Part shown: positions 10,236 through 19,492 of the stretch, one piece after another
Position numbering within the stretch: the first letter of the stretch is position 1
How the letters are laid out: every line of letters starts with the position of its first letter
Origin: Candidatus Omnitrophota bacterium
GTDB lineage: Bacteria > Omnitrophota > Gorgyraeia > Gygaellales > Profunditerraquicolaceae
Direction: 5' to 3'
DNA: 64,000 nucleotides
Assembly: GCA_030650425.1 (NCBI GenBank)
Contig: JAUSED010000008.1
Location: 68,554 to 132,553, forward strand
Notes under the pieces: model-generated
Databases searched by the model: none
What the model was told of the DNA's origin: nothing
What the model saw: the letters and a program-made list of their open reading frames with translations, nothing else
Program-made: the position numbers and the translations under genes

Positions 10236-11267
10236 ATGCTTAGCCATAAAACTATTTTGATCACCGGCGGGACAGGGTCATTCGGTAAAAAAATGCTCCA
10301 GATTGTGCTTGCGCAGTATAAACCGAAGCGGCTTATCATCTTCAGCCGCGATGAGTTGAAACAATTCGAGATGGCCCAGAAGTGGGGTCCGCATAAATAT
10401 CCATCTCTTCAGTATGTTTTGGGAGATGTGCGGGATAGGGATCGTTTGATGAGTGTATTTAAAGGAGTTGATTATATTATCCACGCAGCCGCCTTAAAGC
10501 AGGTTCCGGCAGCAGAACGCAACCCGGAAGAATATATCAAGACTAACGTTCTGGGGGCGATGAATATTATCGATGCGGCAATCCAATGCAAGGTTAAGAG
10601 CGTTGTAGCTTTGTCAACTGACAAGGCCTGCAACCCGATCAATCTTTACGGGGCGACCAAGCTCTGTTCCGACAAGCTGTTTACGGCAGCAGGGTTTTTA
10701 GCCACAGAAAATGAAACGCGCTTTGCGGTTGTGCGTTATGGTAATGTTTTGGGCAGCCGTGGGTCGGTTGTGCCGTTTTTTAAGGAACGCCTGAAAACAG
10801 GTGTGTTGCCTATTACGGATGAACGGATGACTCGTTTTTGGATCACACTTGACCAGGCGGCTTATTTTGTTTTGGAATCATTAAAACGTATGAAGGGAGG
10901 CGAGATCTTTGTCCCGCGCATCCCTTCGATGAAGATTGTGGACCTTGCCAAGGCCATAGGGCCTAAATGTAAGCTTGAGGCTGTAGGTATCCGCCCCGGT
11001 GAAAAGATCCACGAGACTCTTATCAGCGAGGATGAGGCGCGTAATACCGTAATATTTAAGGATTGTTTTGTGGTTCAGCATAATGCCACGCTGCGTTCGG
11101 ATCTAGCCAAGGGTAAGGGACGGTTATCCCCCGAAGGATTTAGGTATAATTCTGGTGATAACGATATGTGGCTTTCTATCTCGGATCTTAAAAAACTGGT
11201 TGAGCAAGTCGCAGATGATTATGCCATTGAAGATTCCCGTTGGTCAATGGACGATTTACCGGAGTAA
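10236..11267 (+). CDS. pseB: UDP-N-acetylglucosamine 4,6-dehydratase (inverting)
   Basis: ITGGTGSFG, SRDELKQ, HAAALKQVP, STDKACNPINLYGATK, RYGNVLGSRGSV and GIRPGEK motifs; GAGGAG RBS before ATG at 10236. Confidence 0.92.
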   Translation: MLSHKTILITGGTGSFGKKMLQIVLAQYKPKRLIIFSRDELKQFEMAQKWGPHKYPSLQYVLGDVRDRDRLMSVFKGVDYIIHAAALKQVPAAERNPEEYIKTNVLGAMNIIDAAIQCKVKSVVALSTDKACNPINLYGATKLCSDKLFTAAGFLATENETRFAVVRYGNVLGSRGSVVPFFKERLKTGVLPITDERMTRFWITLDQAAYFVLESLKRMKGGEIFVPRIPSMKIVDLAKAIGPKCKLEAVGIRPGEKIHETLISEDEARNTVIFKDCFVVQHNATLRSDLAKGKGRLSPEGFRYNSGDNDMWLSISDLKKLVEQVADDYAIEDSRWSMDDLPE

Positions 11268-11305
11268 AGTTGAGAAATCTACAGGTAGAAAGTTGGTAGC
11301 TGTTT

Positions 11306-12271
11306 ATGAAAGAAGACCGGTTATTTGATCGTAAAGCATTAAAATTAGAATCCTTATCCCAAAGGAAGAGTGATTTGAATGTTTCCATAATCGCGCCGCT
11401 GGATTTTAACTTAAACTTTAAATCAAACGGTGACTTGAAAGAAATTAGTAAGCGGATAATCAGGGCCAAAAAGAAGAAAGCCTCCGTCATCTGGATGATA
11501 GGCGGGCACGTTATCAGGTCAGGGGTACAGCGATATATCATAGATTTGATGGAGAGAGGATATATTTCCTGTTTGGCGATGAACGGAGCCGGGATAATTC
11601 ATGATTATGAATTATCTCTTATTGGGGCAACTACCGAGAGCGTGGCTCAATATATCAAAGAAGGGCAGTTCGGTTTATGGAAAGAAACAGGAGAAATCAA
11701 TAATATAATCAATAGAAGCTACAAGCAGGGACTTGGTTTGGGCGAGGGAGTTGGTAAAGCTATTTACGAAGGCGATTTTCCTTATAAAGAGTTTAGCCTG
11801 TTGGCAGCAGGTTATCGTTTGAAGATTCCGGTAACGGTGCACGTCGGCATAGGTTATGATATTATCCATGAGCATCCTAATTGCGATGGCGCGGCAACGG
11901 GCGCTACTTCTTACCGCGATTTTCTAATCTTTACCAAATTAGTCAGCAATCTGGAAAGGGGAGTAATCATGAATTTCGGGAGCGCAGTAATGGCCCCGGA
12001 GGTATTCTTGAAGGCCTTGAGCATGGCAAGGAACGCTCTCCGCCGGAAGAAGAAGCAAATCAGGCATTTTACTTCAGTTGTCTGCGACCTTTATAATTTA
12101 CCGGCTAAATTTAACAAAGAACCGGATAAGCGCAATCCGGGTTATTATTTCAGGCCGTGGAAGACAATGCTCGTCAGGACAGTAGCTGACGGAGGAAGCT
12201 CTTTTTACGTCAAAGGCTGCCACGCGGATATTCTCCCTGCGCTTTGGAAAGAGATTAATGAAAATTCTTGA
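11306..12271 (+). CDS. Hypothetical protein with a deoxyhypusine-synthase-like fold
   Basis: GGHVIRSGVQRYIIDLMERGYISCLAMNGAGIIHD resembles the DHS-like NAD-binding N-terminus; function unknown. Confidence 0.55.
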   Translation: MKEDRLFDRKALKLESLSQRKSDLNVSIIAPLDFNLNFKSNGDLKEISKRIIRAKKKKASVIWMIGGHVIRSGVQRYIIDLMERGYISCLAMNGAGIIHDYELSLIGATTESVAQYIKEGQFGLWKETGEINNIINRSYKQGLGLGEGVGKAIYEGDFPYKEFSLLAAGYRLKIPVTVHVGIGYDIIHEHPNCDGAATGATSYRDFLIFTKLVSNLERGVIMNFGSAVMAPEVFLKALSMARNALRRKKKQIRHFTSVVCDLYNLPAKFNKEPDKRNPGYYFRPWKTMLVRTVADGGSSFYVKGCHADILPALWKEINENS

Positions 12272-12734
12272 AATCGACAGTTTGGCAAAGACAATTAAAG
12301 GCCTGAAGGCTTCCGGAAAAAAGGTTGTCCTCTGTCACGGCTGTTTTGACCTTATGCACCCCGGACATATTAAATATTTTCAAGCCGCTAAAAAAATGGG
12401 GGATATTCTTGTTGTAACGGTTACCCCTGATATTTATATTGATAAAGGGCCGGGGAGGCCGGTATTTAACCAGCAATTACGGGTTGAATCAATCGCCGCC
12501 CTTGAATGCGTTGATTATGTAGCGCTAAATCAGTGGTCCACGGCAGAAGAAACCTTGAGGTTATTAAGGCCTGATATATATGTTAAAGGGCAGGAATTCG
12601 AAGGGCTTCAAGATAAGACTGGGAAACTCCAGAAAGAATTAAAAGTTATTCAGGAAGTCGGAGCCGAAATAAGGTTTACTCATGAGGTGGTATTTTCTTC
12701 AACCAGATTAATTAATAATAACCTTAAAAAATAA
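12258..12734 (+). CDS. Stand-alone HIGH-family nucleotidyltransferase (RfaE domain II-like)
   Basis: HGCFDLMHPGH, KGPGRP and PDIYVKGQE motifs; SST near the C-terminus. Confidence 0.88.
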   Translation: MKILEIDSLAKTIKGLKASGKKVVLCHGCFDLMHPGHIKYFQAAKKMGDILVVTVTPDIYIDKGPGRPVFNQQLRVESIAALECVDYVALNQWSTAEETLRLLRPDIYVKGQEFEGLQDKTGKLQKELKVIQEVGAEIRFTHEVVFSSTRLINNNLKK

Positions 12735-12735
12735 A

Positions 12736-14268
12736 ATGAAAAACACGCCCAAAAGTAAAATATTATTGCTTGATGATTTAATTAATAAAGTAAAGAGCCT
12801 TAAGGCTTCCGGAAAAGTTGTAGTCCAGAGCCACGGAATCTTTGACTTAATCCATCCCGGAGTGATCGAACATCTTAAATCAGCTAAGGAACGAGGAGAT
12901 GTGTTGATAGCTACCGTTATCACGGATAAAGATGTGCGTAAGGGTCCGGGTAGGCCGATCTTCTCCGGAAATTTAAGGGCAGAAAATGTAGCGAGCCTTT
13001 CTATGGTTGATTATGTTTGCGTGGTAGGTGATGAAACACCTTTTGAATGCGTAAAAAGAATAAAACCGAATATTTTTGCCAAAGGAAAATCAATAAAAGA
13101 TCTTGATAATGAAATTAACAATAAGATATTTGAAGAAGTAAAGGAGCTTTATTTCGGAAAGGTAAGGATCCATGAAACCGGTGGCTTCTCTTTAAGCTCT
13201 TCGGAAATAATCAATAATTTTATTGATATCTATCCTGAAGAGGTAAAAAGCTTTCTGAAAGACTTCTCCAGGAAATACAGTTTTAAGGAGATAAGCAGAA
13301 AGATAAACAGCTTAAATAAATTAAAGATACTTCTTGTTGGTGACGGCATAATAGATGAGTATCATTATTGCGAGGCTATGGGTAGGTCAGCTAAGGCTCC
13401 GCTGGTGGTAAATAAATATATAACCCATGAGATATTTGCCGGAGGCGCTTTTGCCATTGCGAACCATTTGGCGGGATTATCAGGAAACATTCATTTAGTC
13501 TCTTTACTGGGAAACGAACCAGCCAGGGAGGATTTTATTCGCTCCAACTTGAAACCGAATGTAACTACGAAGTTTTTTTACCGTAAAGACGGCTCTACAA
13601 TAGTAAAAAAGAGGTACATAAACCAGTATCAGAACCAAAAACTTTTTGAAGTTAATTACCTAAGCGACTCTTATATTAATGGTGGTTTGGAATCAGGGAT
13701 AATTAAATACTTGAATAGCGTGGCAGCGTCTTATGATTTAATCTTGATTTCCGATTTTGGCCATGGTTTTATTACGAATCGGATAATCGAAGCAATTCAG
13801 GATTCTAAGGTTAAGTTTGCGGTGAATACCCAGACAAATGCCGCTAATGCCGGCTTTAACATGATTACCAAGTATCGTAAGCCGTTTTATGTTTGCTTGG
13901 ATGAACCGGAATTAAGATGGGCAGCGCAAGAGAGATTCGCCGATATTGAATCTGTAGCTAAGAAAATCCTGGAAACCGTCCATGCCTCTAACCTTGTTGT
14001 AACCTTGGGTAAAAGAGGCTCATTTGGGATAAATAATAGAGGCCAGATAAATTATACTCCTATTTTTTCTTCAAAAGTTATAGATACTGTAGGTGCTGGC
14101 GACGCTTTTTTTGCTTTTACCGCGCCTTGTGTTGCTCAGAAGATGCCTCTGGATTTAGTTTCTTTTATCGGAAATGCCGTAGGGGCCTTAGCAGTTCAGA
14201 TCGTTTGTAACAAAAGACCAATTGAAAAATATGAACTCCTTGAGTTTATCCACGCGCTAATGAAGTAG
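12736..14268 (+). CDS. Nucleotidyltransferase-like domain fused to a PfkB sugar kinase (HldE-like, reversed domain order)
   Basis: N-terminal HGIFDLIHPGV and KGPGRP; C-terminal GDGIIDEY, SDFGHG and DTVGAGDAF. Confidence 0.85.
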   Translation: MKNTPKSKILLLDDLINKVKSLKASGKVVVQSHGIFDLIHPGVIEHLKSAKERGDVLIATVITDKDVRKGPGRPIFSGNLRAENVASLSMVDYVCVVGDETPFECVKRIKPNIFAKGKSIKDLDNEINNKIFEEVKELYFGKVRIHETGGFSLSSSEIINNFIDIYPEEVKSFLKDFSRKYSFKEISRKINSLNKLKILLVGDGIIDEYHYCEAMGRSAKAPLVVNKYITHEIFAGGAFAIANHLAGLSGNIHLVSLLGNEPAREDFIRSNLKPNVTTKFFYRKDGSTIVKKRYINQYQNQKLFEVNYLSDSYINGGLESGIIKYLNSVAASYDLILISDFGHGFITNRIIEAIQDSKVKFAVNTQTNAANAGFNMITKYRKPFYVCLDEPELRWAAQERFADIESVAKKILETVHASNLVVTLGKRGSFGINNRGQINYTPIFSSKVIDTVGAGDAFFAFTAPCVAQKMPLDLVSFIGNAVGALAVQIVCNKRPIEKYELLEFIHALMK

Positions 14269-14277
14269 GATTTGGAT

Positions 14278-14850
14278 ATGAAAAAAGATATAGGAAAATA
14301 CCATAAACGTTTTTTAAAGCTGATCGATTCTATTATAGCCACGGATTGCCGTAATAAAGATATCGATTTTCTTTTCGGCATTGAGATCGCCTGCAATTTA
14401 ATTAAAAAACAATCAAAAAAAAACAGTAAGATCTTTTTTGTCGGAAATGGCGGAAGCGCTGCTATTGCAAATCACGCTGCGATTGATTTTATGAAAAATT
14501 TGGGATTAAGGGCACATTCTTTCAGCGATAGTTCGCTATTAACCTGCATTAGTAATGATTTTGGATACGAATATGTTTTTGCTAAACCAATTGAGTTTTT
14601 TTCTGACAAAGAGGATGTACTAGTTACTATTAGTAGCTCTGGTAAGTCTAAAAATATACTAAAAGCAGTCGAGATTGCGGAGTCAAAAGGCGTTGATATC
14701 ATTACTTTATCAGGGTTTGATTTGAATAATCCCTTGCGCTCAAAGGGCGTTTGTAATTTTTATGTTCCCTCTAAAGAATACGGCCTTGTAGAAGTGGCGC
14801 ATCAATACATTTGTCACTATATCGCGGATATTCTAATGAAGCATAAATAA
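14278..14850 (+). CDS. SIS-domain sugar-phosphate isomerase (GmhA-like)
   Basis: GNGGSAAIANH, SNDFGY, ISSSGKSKN and VEVAH motifs. Confidence 0.85.
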   Translation: MKKDIGKYHKRFLKLIDSIIATDCRNKDIDFLFGIEIACNLIKKQSKKNSKIFFVGNGGSAAIANHAAIDFMKNLGLRAHSFSDSSLLTCISNDFGYEYVFAKPIEFFSDKEDVLVTISSSGKSKNILKAVEIAESKGVDIITLSGFDLNNPLRSKGVCNFYVPSKEYGLVEVAHQYICHYIADILMKHK

Positions 14851-14852
14851 AA

Positions 14853-15920
14853 ATGGATAAATTCAAAATAGATAGCCATAAATTAATGTACCACGTGGAT
14901 CGTCTTTCAGATTGGCATGCCGGAAAGAATATCTATCCTATCTACATTGAAGTAGGTCCTTCGGGAGCCTGCAATCACCGTTGCGTGTATTGCGCGCTTG
15001 ACTTTATGGAGTATCAGCCACGCTTCCTTAAAACCGAGATCTTTTTGGAGCGCTTATCCGAATTCGGCGTTAAAGGCGTTCGAAGCATGATGTTCGCTGG
15101 CGAAGGCGAGCCATTCTTGCACAAAGATATAGCCGAGATCGCTGTACATACGAAAAAGGCTGGTATAGATGTCGCATTCACTACGAATGGGACTCTAATG
15201 AAAAGGGATATTGCTGAAAAGATCCTGGGGGTGACGGAATGGATCAAGATCAGCATTAATGGTGCAACAGCCGGTACATATGCCAAAATTCATCGGACAA
15301 CAGAGAATGATTTTCATCGTTTAATCAATAATTTGAAAGAGGCAGTCAATCTCCGGCGCAAGAACAATTATAGTTGTACCATCGGCATGCAGCTTCTATT
15401 GTTACCGGATAATTACCACGAGGCCGTCTCTTTGGCGCGCCTGGCTAGAGATATCGGATTGGATTATTTGGTGATCAAGCCGTATTCTCAGCATCCGCAG
15501 AGTAAAACTAATATTTATAGCAATATTAAATATAGCGATTATTTTTTCCTGCAGGATGAGTTACTTAAAGAGAATACGGCGGATTTTCAGGTTATTTTTC
15601 GTATAAATACAATGAAGAAATGGGACAATGGCCAGAAACCTTATAATCGCTGTATTGCCCAGCCGTTTTGGTCGCATATCGACGCGGGCGGAAATGTATG
15701 GGGTTGCAGCGCGTTCTTGAATGTCGAACGGTTCTTGTATGGCAACATCTATGAACAGACTTTTCAGGAGATTTGGGAGGGTAAAAAACGTTTGGAATCG
15801 CTGCATTGGGTTGAAGGGTACATGGATGCTACCGGTTGCCGTCTGAACTGTAGAATGGATGAGGTGAACCGGTACTTATGGGAATTAAAGATCCCACCAG
15901 AGCATGTGAATTTTATTTGA
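14853..15920 (+). CDS. Radical SAM enzyme with a C-terminal SPASM/twitch-like domain
   Basis: CNHRCVYC and GEGEP motifs; C-terminal Cys residues and GNI...F.EIW pattern. Confidence 0.9.
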   Translation: MDKFKIDSHKLMYHVDRLSDWHAGKNIYPIYIEVGPSGACNHRCVYCALDFMEYQPRFLKTEIFLERLSEFGVKGVRSMMFAGEGEPFLHKDIAEIAVHTKKAGIDVAFTTNGTLMKRDIAEKILGVTEWIKISINGATAGTYAKIHRTTENDFHRLINNLKEAVNLRRKNNYSCTIGMQLLLLPDNYHEAVSLARLARDIGLDYLVIKPYSQHPQSKTNIYSNIKYSDYFFLQDELLKENTADFQVIFRINTMKKWDNGQKPYNRCIAQPFWSHIDAGGNVWGCSAFLNVERFLYGNIYEQTFQEIWEGKKRLESLHWVEGYMDATGCRLNCRMDEVNRYLWELKIPPEHVNFI

Positions 15921-15938
15921 TATTAATATGAAAAAAGG

Positions 15939-16787
15939 ATGTTTATGCCGTTATCGATAGAAGAATTGGAAGTTAAAGCTCGCAAAGTTCGTCAAGAGAT
16001 TTTTAAGATGATCTGTGGCGCAGGCGGCGGGCATATCCCGGCTTGTTTATCCATCGTCGAAATTTTAGTTACGCTTTACAACGGTGTGCTTAGGGTTAAT
16101 CCTGGCGGGCCTCGCGATCCCGGTCGTGATCGATTCATTTTGAGTAAAGGGCACGGCGGTGTCGCGCTTTATGCCATATTGGCGGATAAAGGATTTCTTG
16201 ACCCTCGGCTTTTGTTAACCCATGGAAAGAAAGGAACTATTCTCGGTGGGCATCCGGATATGCATAAGGTCTCGGGGATCGAGGCTTCCACAGGAGCTCT
16301 CGGGCACGGGCTCCCTTTTGGCGCCGGTGTTGCGTTGGCAGCGAAAATAGACGCTAAAGATTATCGCGTATTTGTTCTTGTAGGAGACGGGGAATGCCAG
16401 GAGGGGAGTATTTGGGAAGCCGCGCTTTTTGCGCCTCAAATGAGACTCGATAATCTTACAGTAATTGTGGATCACAACAAGCTGCAAGCTATGGGCAGTT
16501 TAGACGATATTATCGGGTTATCTCCCTTTGCAGATAAATGGAAGGTTTTTGGTTGGGCAGTGGAAGAGGTTGATGGCAATAATATCAGTGATCTCCGCAA
16601 TACTTTTGGCCGGCTTCCTCTGAAGCCTGGCCGGCCAACTTGTATTGTCGCGCATACGCTCAAAGGAAAGGGAATTTCGTTTATGGAGAATGCGCCGATT
16701 TGGCACTATCGGATGCCAAATCCCGAAGAGATGAAGATGGCATGTGCAGAACTAGGATTGGCATTTGAAGATGGAGTTATCGAATGA
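15939..16787 (+). CDS. Transketolase, N-terminal TPP-binding subunit
   Basis: DRFILSKGH, GHP, STGALGHG, GDGECQEG and KGKG motifs. Confidence 0.92.
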   Translation: MFMPLSIEELEVKARKVRQEIFKMICGAGGGHIPACLSIVEILVTLYNGVLRVNPGGPRDPGRDRFILSKGHGGVALYAILADKGFLDPRLLLTHGKKGTILGGHPDMHKVSGIEASTGALGHGLPFGAGVALAAKIDAKDYRVFVLVGDGECQEGSIWEAALFAPQMRLDNLTVIVDHNKLQAMGSLDDIIGLSPFADKWKVFGWAVEEVDGNNISDLRNTFGRLPLKPGRPTCIVAHTLKGKGISFMENAPIWHYRMPNPEEMKMACAELGLAFEDGVIE

Positions 16788-17704
16788 GGAATGCTTACTT
16801 ATCGGCGTTATATGATTTAGCGAAAGAGAATAAAAATATAATGGCGTTGATTTCTGATAACGGCGCGATTGTTTATGATCAATATCGTGCGGATTTTCCT
16901 GAACAGTATCTTAACTGCGGGATTTCTGAAGCAAATATGGTCGGGGTTTCCGCCGGATTAGCGTCGTGCGGTAAGATCCCTTTTGCGTATACGATCGCGA
17001 ACTTTATAGTGTATCGCGCGTTTGAGCAGATCCGTAATGACGTCTGTCTTCAAAAAATGAATGTTAAATTAGTCGGAATTGGCGTTGGTTTTGTGTATAG
17101 CATTTTGGGGCCTACGCACCATACAACGGAAGATATCGCGTTGATGCGGGCGCTGCCGAATATGACTATTTTCTCTCCGTGTGACCCGCGAGAGGCGAAA
17201 AAGGTTACTTATGCCGCTGCTCAAATCAATGGCCCGGTTTATATCCGCCTGGCAACCGGCGGGACTCCGAAGGTTTATGAAAAAGATTATGATTTTCAGG
17301 TCGGCAGAGGCGTTGTCTTAAGAGAAGGCCGTGACCTAACAATGATTTCGACCGGTAGTATTTTGCTGGAGGCCTTGCAAGCGGCTGACCAGCTAAAGGC
17401 AGAGGGCGTAGGTGTACGGTTTATCAATATGCATACATTAAAGCCAATGGATCAGGCGATTATTCTAAAAGCCGCACGGGAGACAAGCCGTATTCTGATC
17501 GTTGAAGATCAAAATTTACAGGGAGGATTAGGTTCGGCGGTTGCCGAAACTTTGGCTGATAATGCAGTCGTCTGTAGATTCAAACGTTTAGGCTTACAAG
17601 ATGTTTTTACGGAAGGCTATGGTTCGTACCAGGATTTAAAGGAAATTAACGGGATCGCGAAGAAAAATATTAAGGATGCCGCTAAAGGCCTGTTGGAGGC
17701 GTAA
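16784..17704 (+). CDS. Transketolase, C-terminal subunit
   Basis: GISEANMVG, RAFEQIRND, GPTHH, GPVYIR and GGLGSAVAE motifs. Confidence 0.92.
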   Translation: MRNAYLSALYDLAKENKNIMALISDNGAIVYDQYRADFPEQYLNCGISEANMVGVSAGLASCGKIPFAYTIANFIVYRAFEQIRNDVCLQKMNVKLVGIGVGFVYSILGPTHHTTEDIALMRALPNMTIFSPCDPREAKKVTYAAAQINGPVYIRLATGGTPKVYEKDYDFQVGRGVVLREGRDLTMISTGSILLEALQAADQLKAEGVGVRFINMHTLKPMDQAIILKAARETSRILIVEDQNLQGGLGSAVAETLADNAVVCRFKRLGLQDVFTEGYGSYQDLKEINGIAKKNIKDAAKGLLEA

Positions 17705-17705
17705 G

Positions 17706-18371
17706 ATGGGACAATTATTGAATATTATCACTCCGCTGCATACAAGAACTAAACGTAATTATCTGGAACGTATGCAGAATGAAAAAGTATATTGTTCAGA
17801 AGTCGCCCGAAAATATGGAAAAGATTTCTGGGATGGCGACCGGCAGTTTGGTTATGGAGGATATAAATATGACGGCCGCTGGTCAGTTGCCGTGGAGGCG
17901 TTAGCCAGGCAGTATGGATTAAAGACGGATGCCCGTATTTTGGATGTCGGCTGCGGCAAAGGGTTTATGCTCTATGAGTTTAAAAATATTTTAAAGGATT
18001 GTACCGTCAAAGGTTTTGATATCTCCCATTATGCCGTTAAAAACGGCAAAGAGGAAATCAAGGAAGATTTATTCTGCCATAAAGCGGAAGCGGCGCCGTA
18101 TCCTTTTAAAGATAAAGAATTTGATTTGGTTATCTCCACGGGTACATTGCATAATTTGCGGGTTTATGATTTAAAGCAGGCGCTTCAGGAAATTGAGCGC
18201 GTTGGAAAGAATAAGTATATTTTGGTTGAAGCCTTCCGTAACATAGAGGAGCTTTTTAATCTTCAATGCTGGGCGTTGACCTGCGAACTGTTTTTCCGTC
18301 CCGAGGAGTGGGTCTGGTTATTCCAGGAATTCGGCTATACCGGAGATTATGAATTTATCTACTTTGAATAA
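17706..18371 (+). CDS. Class I SAM-dependent methyltransferase
   Basis: ILDVGCGKG motif I; GYGGYKYDGRW; start at ATG 17706, just after the upstream stop. Confidence 0.85.
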   Translation: MGQLLNIITPLHTRTKRNYLERMQNEKVYCSEVARKYGKDFWDGDRQFGYGGYKYDGRWSVAVEALARQYGLKTDARILDVGCGKGFMLYEFKNILKDCTVKGFDISHYAVKNGKEEIKEDLFCHKAEAAPYPFKDKEFDLVISTGTLHNLRVYDLKQALQEIERVGKNKYILVEAFRNIEELFNLQCWALTCELFFRPEEWVWLFQEFGYTGDYEFIYFE

Positions 18372-18380
18372 AAGAAAAAA

Positions 18381-19463
18381 ATGAAGAAAGAAGCCAGCCT
18401 TTTATATACTAAAATGAAGATTTTCCATTTTAAGGATAAAATCGATTCTTTGACTCGGAATAATCCTTTGATTATGCCTCCCTTGCATATTCGGATAAAG
18501 CCGACGAATGCCTGTAATCATAATTGTACTTATTGCGCTTATCGGGTGGATAACCTGCAACTTGGTAAAAACATGGAGACAAGAGATTCTATTCCGAAAG
18601 AAAAGATGCTCGAGATAATCGAAGATTTAAGGGAGATAAAAGTTAAAGCTGTTACTTTTAGCGGCGGAGGCGAGCCTTTTTGCTATCCCTATCTGTTTGA
18701 CGCGGTATTAAAGCTTATTAAATCAAAGATTTCCTTTGCTTCGCTAACTAACGGTTCTCTGCTCTCGGGAGATATTGCCGAACTCTTCAGCCGTTACGCT
18801 ACTTGGGTAAGGATTTCTATTGACGGCTGGGATGATAAGAGTTATTCCATCTACCGCCGGGTGCGCGAGGGCGAATTCAGTAAAGTTATACATAATATCA
18901 AGTGTTTTAAAAAAAATAGAGGAAGATGTTATTTAGGGGTGAGTATTGTTGTTAATAAGCATAACGCTCCCCATATATATGACCTTGTGATGCTTTTACG
19001 CGATAGCGGCACTGATAGCGTGAAGATATCGCCTTGTATTATCAGTAACAGTGGAAAAAGCAATAATGCTTATCATAGCAGTCTTTATAAAACAGTTAAA
19101 GGCCAAATTGCTAAGGCATATAGTAGGTGCGCTAAAAAAGGATTCGAGATTTTTGATTCATATCATACCCAACTGGAAAGTTTTGCCAAGTCTTACCATT
19201 GGTGTCCTTATTTACAGATTCTTCCGGTGATAGGAGCTGATTTAAATATCTATCCATGCCAAGATAAAGCATATAATCTTGATGAGGGATTGGTTGGTTC
19301 GATAAAAAAGGAAAGATTCAAGGATTTTTGGTTTTCAAATAAAAACAAGTTTTTTAAGGTAAATCCTGCAAAGGTTTGCAATCATCACTGCGTTGCAAAT
19401 GAGAAAAATAAGATGATTCTGGAATATTTAAATACGGACGCTAAGCATTTATTTTTCGTTTAG
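18381..19463 (+). CDS. Radical SAM enzyme with a C-terminal SPASM/twitch-like domain
   Basis: CNHNCTYC and SGGGEP motifs; C-terminal Cys residues (WCPY, YPCQ, CNHHC). Confidence 0.9.
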   Translation: MKKEASLLYTKMKIFHFKDKIDSLTRNNPLIMPPLHIRIKPTNACNHNCTYCAYRVDNLQLGKNMETRDSIPKEKMLEIIEDLREIKVKAVTFSGGGEPFCYPYLFDAVLKLIKSKISFASLTNGSLLSGDIAELFSRYATWVRISIDGWDDKSYSIYRRVREGEFSKVIHNIKCFKKNRGRCYLGVSIVVNKHNAPHIYDLVMLLRDSGTDSVKISPCIISNSGKSNNAYHSSLYKTVKGQIAKAYSRCAKKGFEIFDSYHTQLESFAKSYHWCPYLQILPVIGADLNIYPCQDKAYNLDEGLVGSIKKERFKDFWFSNKNKFFKVNPAKVCNHHCVANEKNKMILEYLNTDAKHLFFV

Positions 19464-19492
19464 GGCTCTAAATCTATGGAGAACGGGGTTCA

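Noticed and set aside
14853-19463. Radical SAM-SPASM proteins as RiPP maturases
   Set aside because: No precursor peptide ORF or RRE domain seen, and all neighbours are sugar enzymes
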